A stretch of DNA of 64,000 bases from the NCBI GenBank assembly GCA_020348985.1, contig CP070761.1, forward strand, positions 1,567,465 through 1,631,464, given 5' to 3'. Under the pieces are notes generated by a model, which was not told the origin of the DNA, made no database searches, and worked only from the letters and a program-made list of their open reading frames with translations. Shown in pieces: positions 29,825 to 38,694 of the stretch. Every line of letters begins with the position of its first letter. The stretch's first letter is position 1. Source of the DNA: Candidatus Thorarchaeota archaeon (GTDB lineage Archaea; Asgardarchaeota; Thorarchaeia; Thorarchaeales; Thorarchaeaceae). The position numbers and the translations under genes are program-made.

Positions 29825-29968
29825 TCAGACCAAGAAGTTGCCAACAAAATGTACAGCAATAATCGCTGCGAACACACATATCCAGCAGAAGGGAAAACCT
29901 AGCTTCACTGGGCAGTTTCCACATAATCCAGATTTCTTTGCCTTCTCGATGTTTTTGGACTCAGTCAT
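29825..29968 (-). CDS. 47-aa Cys-rich small membrane peptide
   Basis: Manual translation MTESKNIEKAKKSGLCGNCPVKLGFPFCWICVFAAIIAVHFVGNFLV; AGGAG RBS about 10 nt upstream; below ORF-track cutoff. Confidence 0.55.
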   Translation of the reverse strand: MTESKNIEKAKKSGLCGNCPVKLGFPFCWICVFAAIIAVHFVGNFLV

Positions 29969-30400
29969 AGCTCTTAATCTCCTAGAAGCGCATCTGTCCA
30001 AGTATGCTTTGAATGTCCATATGTATATTTCGATTCTTAACTAGTGATTAACACTTAGTTACAAACAGAACCTATCGGGTTTCAATCATGAGGCCGAGGT
30101 GCTTTGGAGATTTCAAATGGTAACTTAATGAGACACGTACTCATATTAGCAGCATTGCTCTAATCAAGTAGATATCTCGAAAGGCACTGGCGCTTTCATA
30201 TACTGAACACAGGAACTATCAGAATGTACGAGCTTTGCGATCTATCTGACAAGGGCAGACTTCGATGATCCTGTAACCGTCACTCCGTCATCTGATGTTC
30301 TGAGTTAGGTATTTGATGCAAAACAATAAAATGTCGCCGCGAGAAAATCGGTGTTTACGAAACTTGGGAGAGAAGCGGATTGTTCAGCGCCCCGGCTAGA

Positions 30401-31564
30401 ATGTTGAAAGCTTTTCTTGATGGACTCCATCCAGACCTGTCGCGGACATTTCTGCCTTGGATTATAAAACATCCGAGATACTTGAAAGCGGCAATTCCTT
30501 TGGCCCACTCGTTCCGGGAGGCTACCAAGAGGCGTGATCAGCTCAGGTCTGAGAAGCTTAGAATACCTCCGGTTCTGATCCTGTCAGTAACTTCAAGCTG
30601 TAATCTACGCTGTGTGGGGTGCTATGCAGCCGCAACAGGAACAGTTTCACAAGAATCTCAACGAGAACCACACAAAGAAAACCATCAATTAGATTTGGAC
30701 AAGTGGCGATCGGTTCTAAATGAGGCCAGACAACTAGGCGTCTTTGGCTTCATAATAGCAGGTGGCGAACCATTCCTGTATCAGGGGATTCTTGAACTAT
30801 GTATGGAATTCAAGGACAGATTCTTTCTCATAGTTACAAACGGTACCACGATGAATGAGTCACACTTCAAGCTTCTAAGACGGGTATCGAATGTTGCAAT
30901 GATAATCAGCCTGGAAGGAGACGCCTCAGCCACTGACAGCCGCCGAGGGCCTGGTGTTTACAAGAGAATCATGTCATCTTTCAAACGACTCTGGGCCATT
31001 GGAGTCTTGACGGGATTCTCAGCGACGGTGACTCGTGAGAACTTCGAGTATTGGGCTGATACTGAATCACTTCACCGATTGTGGAAGAAAGGACTCAGAA
31101 TAGGTGTCTTCATAGAGTACATCCCTAGCAACAATGGAAACGATGGGACTCGTCAGTCGCTTTCACCATGTTCGGATGAGGGTCTCATGCTCAATCAAGA
31201 AGAAAGAGCGAGATTCCGCTACCACGTAATCCAATATCGGGAGAACAACCCGATGGTGGTCATACATTCCCCAAATGATGAGAAGTACTACGGTGGATGT
31301 GTGTCAGCAGGGCAAGGATTCGCCCATGTGACTCCATCAGGAGACGTGACAGCATGTCCCGTCTCCAACCTGGCGACTCACAGTCTGCGAAACAGCAGTT
31401 TGCGAGAAGCGCTTGCCAGTCCACTCTTCATTGAAATTCGAAAGAACGGTCACCTTCTCGAGGATCACGATCTTCCTTGTGCCCTACTATCACATGAGGA
31501 CGAAGTAATGGCCTTGGCTAGGTCTGTGGGTGCATATCGGACTGACACGAGAGAGCCTGTGTAA
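30401..31564 (+). CDS. Radical SAM / SPASM-twitch domain protein
   Basis: CNLRCVGC, GGEP, TNGT, ISLEG, GGCVSAG...CP auxiliary cluster motif; ATG 30401 (ORF track TTG 30380). Confidence 0.9.
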   Translation: MLKAFLDGLHPDLSRTFLPWIIKHPRYLKAAIPLAHSFREATKRRDQLRSEKLRIPPVLILSVTSSCNLRCVGCYAAATGTVSQESQREPHKENHQLDLDKWRSVLNEARQLGVFGFIIAGGEPFLYQGILELCMEFKDRFFLIVTNGTTMNESHFKLLRRVSNVAMIISLEGDASATDSRRGPGVYKRIMSSFKRLWAIGVLTGFSATVTRENFEYWADTESLHRLWKKGLRIGVFIEYIPSNNGNDGTRQSLSPCSDEGLMLNQEERARFRYHVIQYRENNPMVVIHSPNDEKYYGGCVSAGQGFAHVTPSGDVTACPVSNLATHSLRNSSLREALASPLFIEIRKNGHLLEDHDLPCALLSHEDEVMALARSVGAYRTDTREPV

Positions 31565-31572
31565 AGAAAGGC

Positions 31573-32091
31573 TCACGCGCTCTCATGAGTGTGAGGATAC
31601 TCGTGGTCCAGTTTGTGGAGTCGTTCGTATACGTGCTTAATGTTGTTCCAACAGCCCGGACGTCTGTAGACGATGGCGAACTCATCTGCTTTGTGTGCGA
31701 ACTTCTCCCAGAAGCCAATCAGAGCAATCGCTGTGGTTTCAGGCATAAAGTCTATCTCTATGAACCTCTTCCTAACTAGGGTGCTCAGTCCGTCGAAGTA
31801 TGACCCAACTCGAGTGAATTTGGCAAATGAATCAGGATTTGCCTCCGGCCCATACTTGGCAAAGAAATCTTCAACACTGCTATAGCTGTATGTCTGGACC
31901 TCGTTCATGTCCTTGATGAATTCCTTGTCGTATAGTAGCCTGTGGAACTCCAGGAATATCCCCAGTCTCCTTGCCCTAGTGAATCGCCTAATCGTGTTGA
32001 GAGTGGCAATAATGCCAATGATTACACTGGCCAATCCAAGTATTGAGGATACGGCTGTCAAGTCTATCTGCAATTGCCAGCACCGACACAA
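31573..32091 (-). CDS. Hypothetical protein with N-terminal TM helix (DUF4760-like)
   Basis: TM helix then ...KYGPEANP...VGSYFDGLSTLVRKRFI; start uncertain. Confidence 0.6.
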   Translation of the reverse strand: MCRCWQLQIDLTAVSSILGLASVIIGIIATLNTIRRFTRARRLGIFLEFHRLLYDKEFIKDMNEVQTYSYSSVEDFFAKYGPEANPDSFAKFTRVGSYFDGLSTLVRKRFIEIDFMPETTAIALIGFWEKFAHKADEFAIVYRRPGCWNNIKHVYERLHKLDHEYPHTHESA

Positions 32092-32177
32092 TCAATCCCT
32101 ACTGCCATTAAAATCCTACGTGTCAAACAGAAGAGAAATCCTCCGCAATCCTTGCTCGAAAGCCATATGACTTATCA

Positions 32178-32453
32178 ATGCCAATTCCTAGACCCCTCAA
32201 TGGAAGCAGAATGATGCAAGAAGAGAGAGAAGAAAGCAAGCGGAAGAAGGCGGTAATGAAGATCAAGGGAGCCGTTCGTGCTTTCGATGACCATTGTCTG
32301 TGGCGAACACGCTTGGACTTCTTGTGTGATGAGTGCAATGGGAGAATGAGACCTGGTGGGCATTTTAAGACGAAGATAGGCACTCGAGAGTATCAGTTCT
32401 GCAAAGAAGAATGCATGGAAGCCTATGTTGCCAAGCATGGTCAAGCCAACTAG
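32178..32453 (+). CDS. TRASH/YHS-type metal-binding protein
   Basis: CDECNG...REYQFCKEECMEAY (CxxC...FCxxxC). Confidence 0.65.
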   Translation: MPIPRPLNGSRMMQEEREESKRKKAVMKIKGAVRAFDDHCLWRTRLDFLCDECNGRMRPGGHFKTKIGTREYQFCKEECMEAYVAKHGQAN

Positions 32454-32464
32454 AGACGCTCTGT

Positions 32465-33004
32465 TCATTCTTCACTCTCATTCTTTGGCTCTGTAGATTG
32501 AGCAATCCACGGCCTCAGTCTCGGAAGCCACCTTGGTACATTCGCCAAATACTGCTTGTACTCTTCACCAAATCTCTCAAGAAGCTCGGGCTCCTCCTGC
32601 TTGATGAATAGGATGTGGTTCCCAAGGAATAGGGCAACAAAAAGCAGGAAGAGTGGAACCGATCCAAAGAGCACTGCCTCTCCGAGTACGGTGAAAAGGA
32701 CCCCGACGACCATGGGGTTTCTGACATGTCTGTAAATCCCTTCTATCACGAGGTACTTCGGTGGGTCCCATGGAGCCGCAGACCCTTCACCAACCTTTGC
32801 TAGAAGATAGGTTGTTACAACAAGAAGAGCTACTCCAATGCTAAGAAGCAGTACAGCAGCGGCCGTTGCCAGAACATTGAGAGGGTACTCAAGTATCCAA
32901 GAGAAGTTCATAGGGATGTAGAATAGCAAGATAAGAAATGGAACTAGGAAGACGCCTAGAAAGGGTTCGAAGACAAAGCCCTTTACATACCGGAGAGCAC
33001 CCAT
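32465..33004 (-). CDS. Isoprenylcysteine carboxyl methyltransferase / PEMT family membrane protein
   Basis: LVIEGIYRHVRNPM, EEPELLERFGEEYKQYLANVPRWLP. Confidence 0.9.
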   Translation of the reverse strand: MGALRYVKGFVFEPFLGVFLVPFLILLFYIPMNFSWILEYPLNVLATAAAVLLLSIGVALLVVTTYLLAKVGEGSAAPWDPPKYLVIEGIYRHVRNPMVVGVLFTVLGEAVLFGSVPLFLLFVALFLGNHILFIKQEEPELLERFGEEYKQYLANVPRWLPRLRPWIAQSTEPKNESEE

Positions 33005-33013
33005 TAGGAATCC

Positions 33014-33214
33014 TCACTCCAGCTTCTTCTTGTACCCCAGTCTTTTCAGAAACGGATCTGGTATACACCAATCCGTGAAACTTGATTGGACCAGAAGGAA
33101 ACCCATCACAAAGACAAGGATTATTCCGATTTCAAAGTGCACCCAAACTGCAATGGCGGCGAAGGCCAAGACCATGACCCCCTGAACTAGTGCTCTAGCG
33201 TTTTCTAAGTACAA
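33014..33214 (-). CDS. YgaP/DUF2892-family small membrane protein
   Basis: Two TM helices then QSSFTDWCIP...LKRLG. Confidence 0.7.
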   Translation of the reverse strand: MYLENARALVQGVMVLAFAAIAVWVHFEIGIILVFVMGFLLVQSSFTDWCIPDPFLKRLGYKKKLE

Positions 33215-33343
33215 CGGTCACACCTTGTTAAAGGCAAGCCAACACAAATGGTCCTCTTAAGGACACTGATGAGTAGCGATGATTCGTGTTCGCTGCGTCC
33301 GTAGGCCGATGCTTATTAGAGGGCCATTCATTGTGATGGCTTT

Positions 33344-34555
33344 ATGGATGTCACGAGAATTAGGAGTGATTTCCCAATCCTCCAGAAGGAGATCAAAGGC
33401 AAGCCAATAATCTACATGGACTCTGCTTGCATGTCCCTGAAGCCAAAACAAGTCATAGACGCGATGTTGGAATATTACGAGGAGTTTCCAGCCTGTGCAG
33501 GCCGCAGCATCCACAAGCTTAGCCACTGGGTTGAGGAGTCAAGAAGAAACGCAAGAGATGAAATGAAGCAGTTCATCGGAGCGAAGAAATCTGAGGAAGT
33601 CGTTTTCACGCGGAACACGACAGAGGGCATGAATCTCGTATTGAATTCCTTTCCGTTAGGTCCAGGCGATAAAATCCTGACTACAGACAGAGAACACAAC
33701 TCCAGTCTCGTCCCGTCTCAGCTTATTGCCAAGCGAAAGGGGGCAGAACATCATGTTGTGCTGTCCAATTCTGACTACACCTTCAACATGGATAACTTCC
33801 TGGGGGCAATGACTCCCGATGTCAAACTGATTTCCTTCGTCTATTCATCAAATCTGGATGGCTATACTCTGCCAGTCAACGAGATCATTGGGGCTGCGCA
33901 TGACAATGACACGATGGTCCTACTCGATGCAGCTCAGACAGCCCCCCATCACAAGCTTGATGTGAGAAAATTGGATGTTGACTTTTTGGCGCTTTCTGGT
34001 CACAAGATGTTGGGTCCAACAGGAACTGGAGTCCTCTATGTCAAGGAAGAGCACTACGATGTTCTCGAGCCGTTCATGGTTGGTGGAGACACTGTAGATT
34101 GGAGTACTTATGATAATCACAAGTTCTTGGACCCACCTGAGAGGTTTGAGGCAGGACTCCAGAATTATGCTAGCGAATTGGGACTTGCGGCAGCCGCCAA
34201 GTATCTGAGGAAGATTGGCCTGGACAAGATAGAGCGTCATGAGCAGAAGCTCAATCGAATTGTCAATGATGGATTCAGTGAGATTGAGAATATGCACTTC
34301 GTGGGTGTTAAGAATCCGGATCAAAGAGGGGGGATTACGGCCTTCAATCTGGGGAGACTGAATTGCCATGATGTAGCGATGATTATGAATCGGAACTACG
34401 GAGTAATGGTCCGTTCGGGACAGCATTGTGTTCATTCATGGTTCGCAGCTCGTGGCATCGAAGGGAGTGTCCGGTCATCGCTGTATTTGTATAATACTGG
34501 CGAAGAAGCTGCGGTTCTTGTAGAAGCCGCGAAGGAGATTGCAAAGCTGCATTGA
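33344..34555 (+). CDS. sufS: Cysteine desulfurase (SufS/CsdA family, class V aminotransferase)
   Basis: IRSDFPIL, FTRNTTEG, EHNS, DAAQ, SGHKMLGPTG, RSGQHC, RSSLYLYNT. Confidence 0.88.
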   Translation: MDVTRIRSDFPILQKEIKGKPIIYMDSACMSLKPKQVIDAMLEYYEEFPACAGRSIHKLSHWVEESRRNARDEMKQFIGAKKSEEVVFTRNTTEGMNLVLNSFPLGPGDKILTTDREHNSSLVPSQLIAKRKGAEHHVVLSNSDYTFNMDNFLGAMTPDVKLISFVYSSNLDGYTLPVNEIIGAAHDNDTMVLLDAAQTAPHHKLDVRKLDVDFLALSGHKMLGPTGTGVLYVKEEHYDVLEPFMVGGDTVDWSTYDNHKFLDPPERFEAGLQNYASELGLAAAAKYLRKIGLDKIERHEQKLNRIVNDGFSEIENMHFVGVKNPDQRGGITAFNLGRLNCHDVAMIMNRNYGVMVRSGQHCVHSWFAARGIEGSVRSSLYLYNTGEEAAVLVEAAKEIAKLH

Positions 34556-34568
34556 AGTCGGTGATTTC

Positions 34569-34895
34569 ATGATGTGGACCCTCGCACACGCGTGCGCAGT
34601 TGTTGTCATAGTCTCACTCTATGCGAGGTATCCCGACTACGGACGCGCACTCTGGCACTGCCTGAGACGCTACTCAACTCTTCGACCCTGCGACATTGAT
34701 TTTCATGACAAAGCGAGAGCCACCCTTACGAGCATGTGCATGAGGGTCAACATACGAGTGGCGCGAATTGTCCACCGCAATTTCGAAGTGGTTTCGGTCT
34801 TTTCGGTAATTCTATTCGTGGTGTTTCTTTGGAACCTTCTTTGGGGAATAGTCCAGATTGTTTGGTTCTTTGTCAGTACGGGAGTTCTCTTGTGA
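34569..34895 (+). CDS. Small membrane protein, unknown function
   Basis: GGTGA RBS; hydrophobic N- and C-terminal segments. Confidence 0.55.
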   Translation: MMWTLAHACAVVVIVSLYARYPDYGRALWHCLRRYSTLRPCDIDFHDKARATLTSMCMRVNIRVARIVHRNFEVVSVFSVILFVVFLWNLLWGIVQIVWFFVSTGVLL

Positions 34896-35000
34896 ATGAC
34901 TTCCTTCACACTCCTTGTTTCTTGATTCAGAAGCAGCATGAGTACCAGAAAGTCTAAAATGCCAAAACTTGAGCTTCGTTCATCGGTGTGCGCGTGGAAA

Positions 35001-35708
35001 ATGGGAGTCAGAAGACTTGCTGTTCTAACTTTGTTGCTCATGATCTTGTTGGTTAATACGAGTGGCACTGTCGCGTGCAAGCTACAGACTTCTCCGAATG
35101 AATCGCACGCGGCGAATGCGATTTGGCTCGAGTTATCAGACACATCGATTGGGATTGTTGGCGCGAGAGTAAACTTGACAGTCTGGTTGAACACCTCGAT
35201 GACCAGTTATGCATGGCAAGTGATATTGCACTTGAATTCAACCTACTTCAATGTCACAAAAGCTGGTTACACTGACGGAAATAGAAGTGCATTCTTCTCG
35301 GACCATTCTTCGATGTCAGTCTCTCCAGTGGTCAATAATGAAGTGGGCGTTGTTCTCTGTGGAGAGACTTTGCTTGGCGTGGATGAGAGGGAGCCAGGTT
35401 TTGGGAGCCTGCTATGGGTTGAGCTGAATCTCACGACAATGACACCACAAAGTCACCTCGACTTCAGCTTATCACAACCCTACGGAATCGATACTTTTGT
35501 ACTGAATCCGTACTCCGAGACTATTCCGATGGATATTGTCGAAGGAGCAACGATATCTGTTGGAGTTGATACCGTAACCACAACCACCACTACAACGACT
35601 ACCACGACGCCTATGGTTGACACAATGACAGTACTCGTTGTCGTGGGTGGCGCGATTGCGGTATGTGCTCTGTTAATCGCTCGAAGAAGGAGGGATTCAG
35701 ATGAATAG
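35001..35708 (+). CDS. Cohesin-like domain protein with Thr-rich linker and C-terminal TM anchor
   Basis: Signal peptide; beta-sandwich VNLTVWLN...YAWQVILHLNSTYFNV...GFGSLLWVEL matches the archaeal cohesin pattern; poly-Thr linker; TM plus RRRR. Confidence 0.65.
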   Translation: MGVRRLAVLTLLLMILLVNTSGTVACKLQTSPNESHAANAIWLELSDTSIGIVGARVNLTVWLNTSMTSYAWQVILHLNSTYFNVTKAGYTDGNRSAFFSDHSSMSVSPVVNNEVGVVLCGETLLGVDEREPGFGSLLWVELNLTTMTPQSHLDFSLSQPYGIDTFVLNPYSETIPMDIVEGATISVGVDTVTTTTTTTTTTTPMVDTMTVLVVVGGAIAVCALLIARRRRDSDE

Positions 35709-38451
35709 TATGAAAGCAAAGACGATGTTTGTAATGGCTATGCTTCTCATCACAACTATTCCTGTTAGTACATTCAGGTCAGGTTCCACAGAGGAAGACC
35801 TCCTGAATGCAAACAGTGTGTCCTCTGTAGGCACTGGCAAGGACGTGCTGATTGTTAGTGACCCTCTGAAATACGCATATTTCGGCTTGTATAGACCCAC
35901 TGCTTTCAGTATTGAGATTCTGAATCTGCTGAATAGAACGGTTCTGTGGGCGTCAAGCTATTCGCAGCCCAATGAAACGTCAATTATTCTCTTCAGTGAA
36001 CCTGGAGATTCATACGCGGGATTCGTGCGAGACTGGTTGGTAGGAGGAGGATACTCCTCCGACAACATAGCCAATCAGACTTCAGCGAATGTAGAGGAGT
36101 TCTCGCCAGATTACTATGAGGACACAGACCTTGTAATCTATTGGAATACCTTCGGATACGATTCATCAAATGTGGTAGATTCAGGTACTCCGATAATCAC
36201 CATATCTGCAATGCAAACAGATGAAATGGGTATTGGGACCGGCATTGTAACCGTGAGTGACAGCAACGACACATTCCACGTTGTTGACACTGGCTATTAT
36301 CCAACCGAGAGCTACACCCTAGGCCCGTTGATACTGGATGATAGCTACTCCTTCCAAGCCACGGAGGCACTGGCTGCAGGAGACGTTCTCATAGTTTCAG
36401 AAGTTGAGAGTGTGACTACTGAAGTAGAGATGTCCATGGTCCAGAACGTTACGGTTCAGTCTGATGGCAGTTCAGACATGTCCTTTGGCATTACAATACC
36501 AGATTCGCCTCTTGCTGACACTCTGCGTGAAGCATTCTTCGAGGATGCTTCGAATCTGGATCAGGACGTCGAATACGGTGTGCCGGAAAACAGGTCAATC
36601 TTGGAGGAATCGAAGATTGAGGATACCATAAGTGACGTTGCCCTGAAGGGTGACGTTAGTGACGGTGATGGAGTGGTTGATTCAGAAGATCTAGAGCTTA
36701 TTTCTGCCAGTGTTGGGTATGCTATCGGTGATGAGGCCTGGAATCCAAATCTAGATCTAAACCTAGACGGCAAGATTGACATTAGAGACCTTGCCATTGC
36801 TGCACACAACTACGGCAAGACAGTGAATAACACCGGGAGTCTGTATGTCTCTGGATACTACAACGGAGAACCGGTCAATTGTACAGACGTCTATTATCGA
36901 GGACCAGAGGGATCAACACAGACAAACATCTCTGGTTCCGGTCATGTCTGGTACCATCTTCTTCCAGGCAACTACTCCGTCTTCGGAACCTTCAATGGTA
37001 CAGAAGAGCTAGTTGAAGTAACAATCAATCCGAAAGAAGTCACCTATGCGCAACTCGATTTCGGCGGGACTCCTCCACCTATTGCTCAACAGACTGTTGA
37101 GCCAGTAAGAGCTGCTCTACACGAGGGCATCTCCATGGAACAGCTAATACTTCTTGGTTTTGATGTCAGCATTACTGACTCCAACACAATCCCGTGGAGT
37201 ACAAACAACAATACCATTGTCTCTCTGGCGGGTCAGTCCCTACAGCTTGCTGATCTTATCGTATATCCAGAATGGCAGATAAGAGTCGGTCCTGTCGACG
37301 ATGACTCCATTTCCATGGCGGCAGAGTTCATATTCACAAAGATTCAATACATGATGTTGATGCTGCAGTCACTTCCAGGGGACCAGGTCTACAAATTTGA
37401 CTGGCAAATAGGATTCGACTTGCCTGCTGGAAGCACTCTTCTTAATCCGGCGGGACTTGATGGACTGAATTGGACTATTGATTTTGGCGAAGGCACGATC
37501 ATTCAGGCGAATGTTTCCGTCATCTCAGGAAGAGTCGTGGTCGAGGAATCGCTAGTGGTTAGTGAAGGAAACATTACAGCCACCGAGTCCTATCTCATCG
37601 ACGCATTTGGACAGTACAGGATGTTCTCAATCAACTACACCTATACTGGAGGCTTCTACCAAGCCGCTGGAAGAGAGATCGATGTGCAAAGTGATTGGTC
37701 CAAGACCTGGACACGAACAATCGCTCCAGGAAGTTTCCAGAAACGAATCAGTATGGGTCCTGCTTCACTGACTTTGAAGGCTATTCCTACGTTGACTGTG
37801 AATTTCTTCCTGGGGTGGGAAAGAAAATGGAGTTGGTCTGGATACAAGCTGCAATGGTTTCAGTCATGGATGAAGGTGACTCCATCAATAAGAGTTGAGG
37901 CATCTGCCGATGTTACACTTCAGTACACTCTAAGAAAATCCTACACATTTTGGACTTGGTCTACAAGGTTCACTTTCTGGGCCGGCTCTGTACTTGTCTG
38001 GGCGAACCTGAAACTCACTGTAACTGGCAGTGTGGAGCTGACCGCCTACGGACGGATATCGGTTTCAACGTGGGCAGAAGCGAAAGCCTGGTACAAAGCA
38101 GGGGTACGATGGGAGAACGGATGGAGTCCAATATGGGAAAGCGGGAGACAAGCAACCTATGGTAGGCCTACAGTAACAGGTTCGGTAGGCGTAAGTATCA
38201 CTCCAGCAGTTTCATGCAGGTTGGCCTTCCTGCTATACGACGTGGGAGGTCCATTTGTTGAGGCTGTCGCATACGCACCGATTTCAATTGATTACTTCAC
38301 TAATCAGGCAAACACATGGTCGATTCAACTGAAGCTTAAAATCAACGTCGGGGTAACACTGGCGGGATGGATTAAGAAGATCATAAAAGTGGGCGAATAC
38401 TCGAGGACTGTTGCAGATTTCCTCCTGATGTCTTGGCAAGGCACCTGGTAG
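35701..38451 (+). CDS. 916-aa secreted protein with dockerin-like domain, PEGA-like domain and Trp-rich all-beta C-terminal domain
   Basis: Signal peptide; GDVSDGDGVVDSEDL...WNPNLDLNLDGKIDIRDLAIAAHNYG duplicated Ca-loop (36643-36819); no C-terminal TM; overlaps the cohesin gene by 8 nt. Confidence 0.75.
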   Translation: MNSMKAKTMFVMAMLLITTIPVSTFRSGSTEEDLLNANSVSSVGTGKDVLIVSDPLKYAYFGLYRPTAFSIEILNLLNRTVLWASSYSQPNETSIILFSEPGDSYAGFVRDWLVGGGYSSDNIANQTSANVEEFSPDYYEDTDLVIYWNTFGYDSSNVVDSGTPIITISAMQTDEMGIGTGIVTVSDSNDTFHVVDTGYYPTESYTLGPLILDDSYSFQATEALAAGDVLIVSEVESVTTEVEMSMVQNVTVQSDGSSDMSFGITIPDSPLADTLREAFFEDASNLDQDVEYGVPENRSILEESKIEDTISDVALKGDVSDGDGVVDSEDLELISASVGYAIGDEAWNPNLDLNLDGKIDIRDLAIAAHNYGKTVNNTGSLYVSGYYNGEPVNCTDVYYRGPEGSTQTNISGSGHVWYHLLPGNYSVFGTFNGTEELVEVTINPKEVTYAQLDFGGTPPPIAQQTVEPVRAALHEGISMEQLILLGFDVSITDSNTIPWSTNNNTIVSLAGQSLQLADLIVYPEWQIRVGPVDDDSISMAAEFIFTKIQYMMLMLQSLPGDQVYKFDWQIGFDLPAGSTLLNPAGLDGLNWTIDFGEGTIIQANVSVISGRVVVEESLVVSEGNITATESYLIDAFGQYRMFSINYTYTGGFYQAAGREIDVQSDWSKTWTRTIAPGSFQKRISMGPASLTLKAIPTLTVNFFLGWERKWSWSGYKLQWFQSWMKVTPSIRVEASADVTLQYTLRKSYTFWTWSTRFTFWAGSVLVWANLKLTVTGSVELTAYGRISVSTWAEAKAWYKAGVRWENGWSPIWESGRQATYGRPTVTGSVGVSITPAVSCRLAFLLYDVGGPFVEAVAYAPISIDYFTNQANTWSIQLKLKINVGVTLAGWIKKIIKVGEYSRTVADFLLMSWQGTW

Positions 38452-38478
38452 CAAATGCTGTGATCCTCTGTAGCTTGA

Positions 38479-38619
38479 TGCCTTGCTCCTGACTATCTTA
38501 GGATAATCATTCTTATGGGTGGCCTTGCAGCAATTGGGGTTGTGCTTGGAGTGAGGAAAGCCAGGACGCGCAGGAGACCGAGTTCCAAGATTCGTGGACT
38601 GCAAGAAGAGCTCTTGTGA
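38479..38619 (+). pseudogene. Orphan C-terminal TM-anchor remnant similar to the tails of the two giant paralogs
   Basis: CLAPDYLRIIILMGGLAAIGVVLGVRKARTRRRPSSKIRGLQEELL vs APPDYFMLALLLGGIGFVAVIVVVGRKKRKPGYKMRMDIVDQLL. Confidence 0.55.
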
Positions 38620-38694
38620 GGATGTGGACAAACGAAGATTCCCGGTCACGAGGCGTCTAGGAGCTGGTCAATGACATCCGTTCAGGCACAGTCG

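Noticed and set aside
35570-35612. ACN trinucleotide run as a contingency microsatellite
   Set aside because: Mixed Thr codons encode a poly-Thr linker; it is not a pure slippage tract.
38449-38478. Stop-codon readthrough joining the dockerin protein to the downstream TM anchor
   Set aside because: Would need suppression of three stops (TAG, TGA, TGA) within 10 codons; a remnant is more parsimonious.
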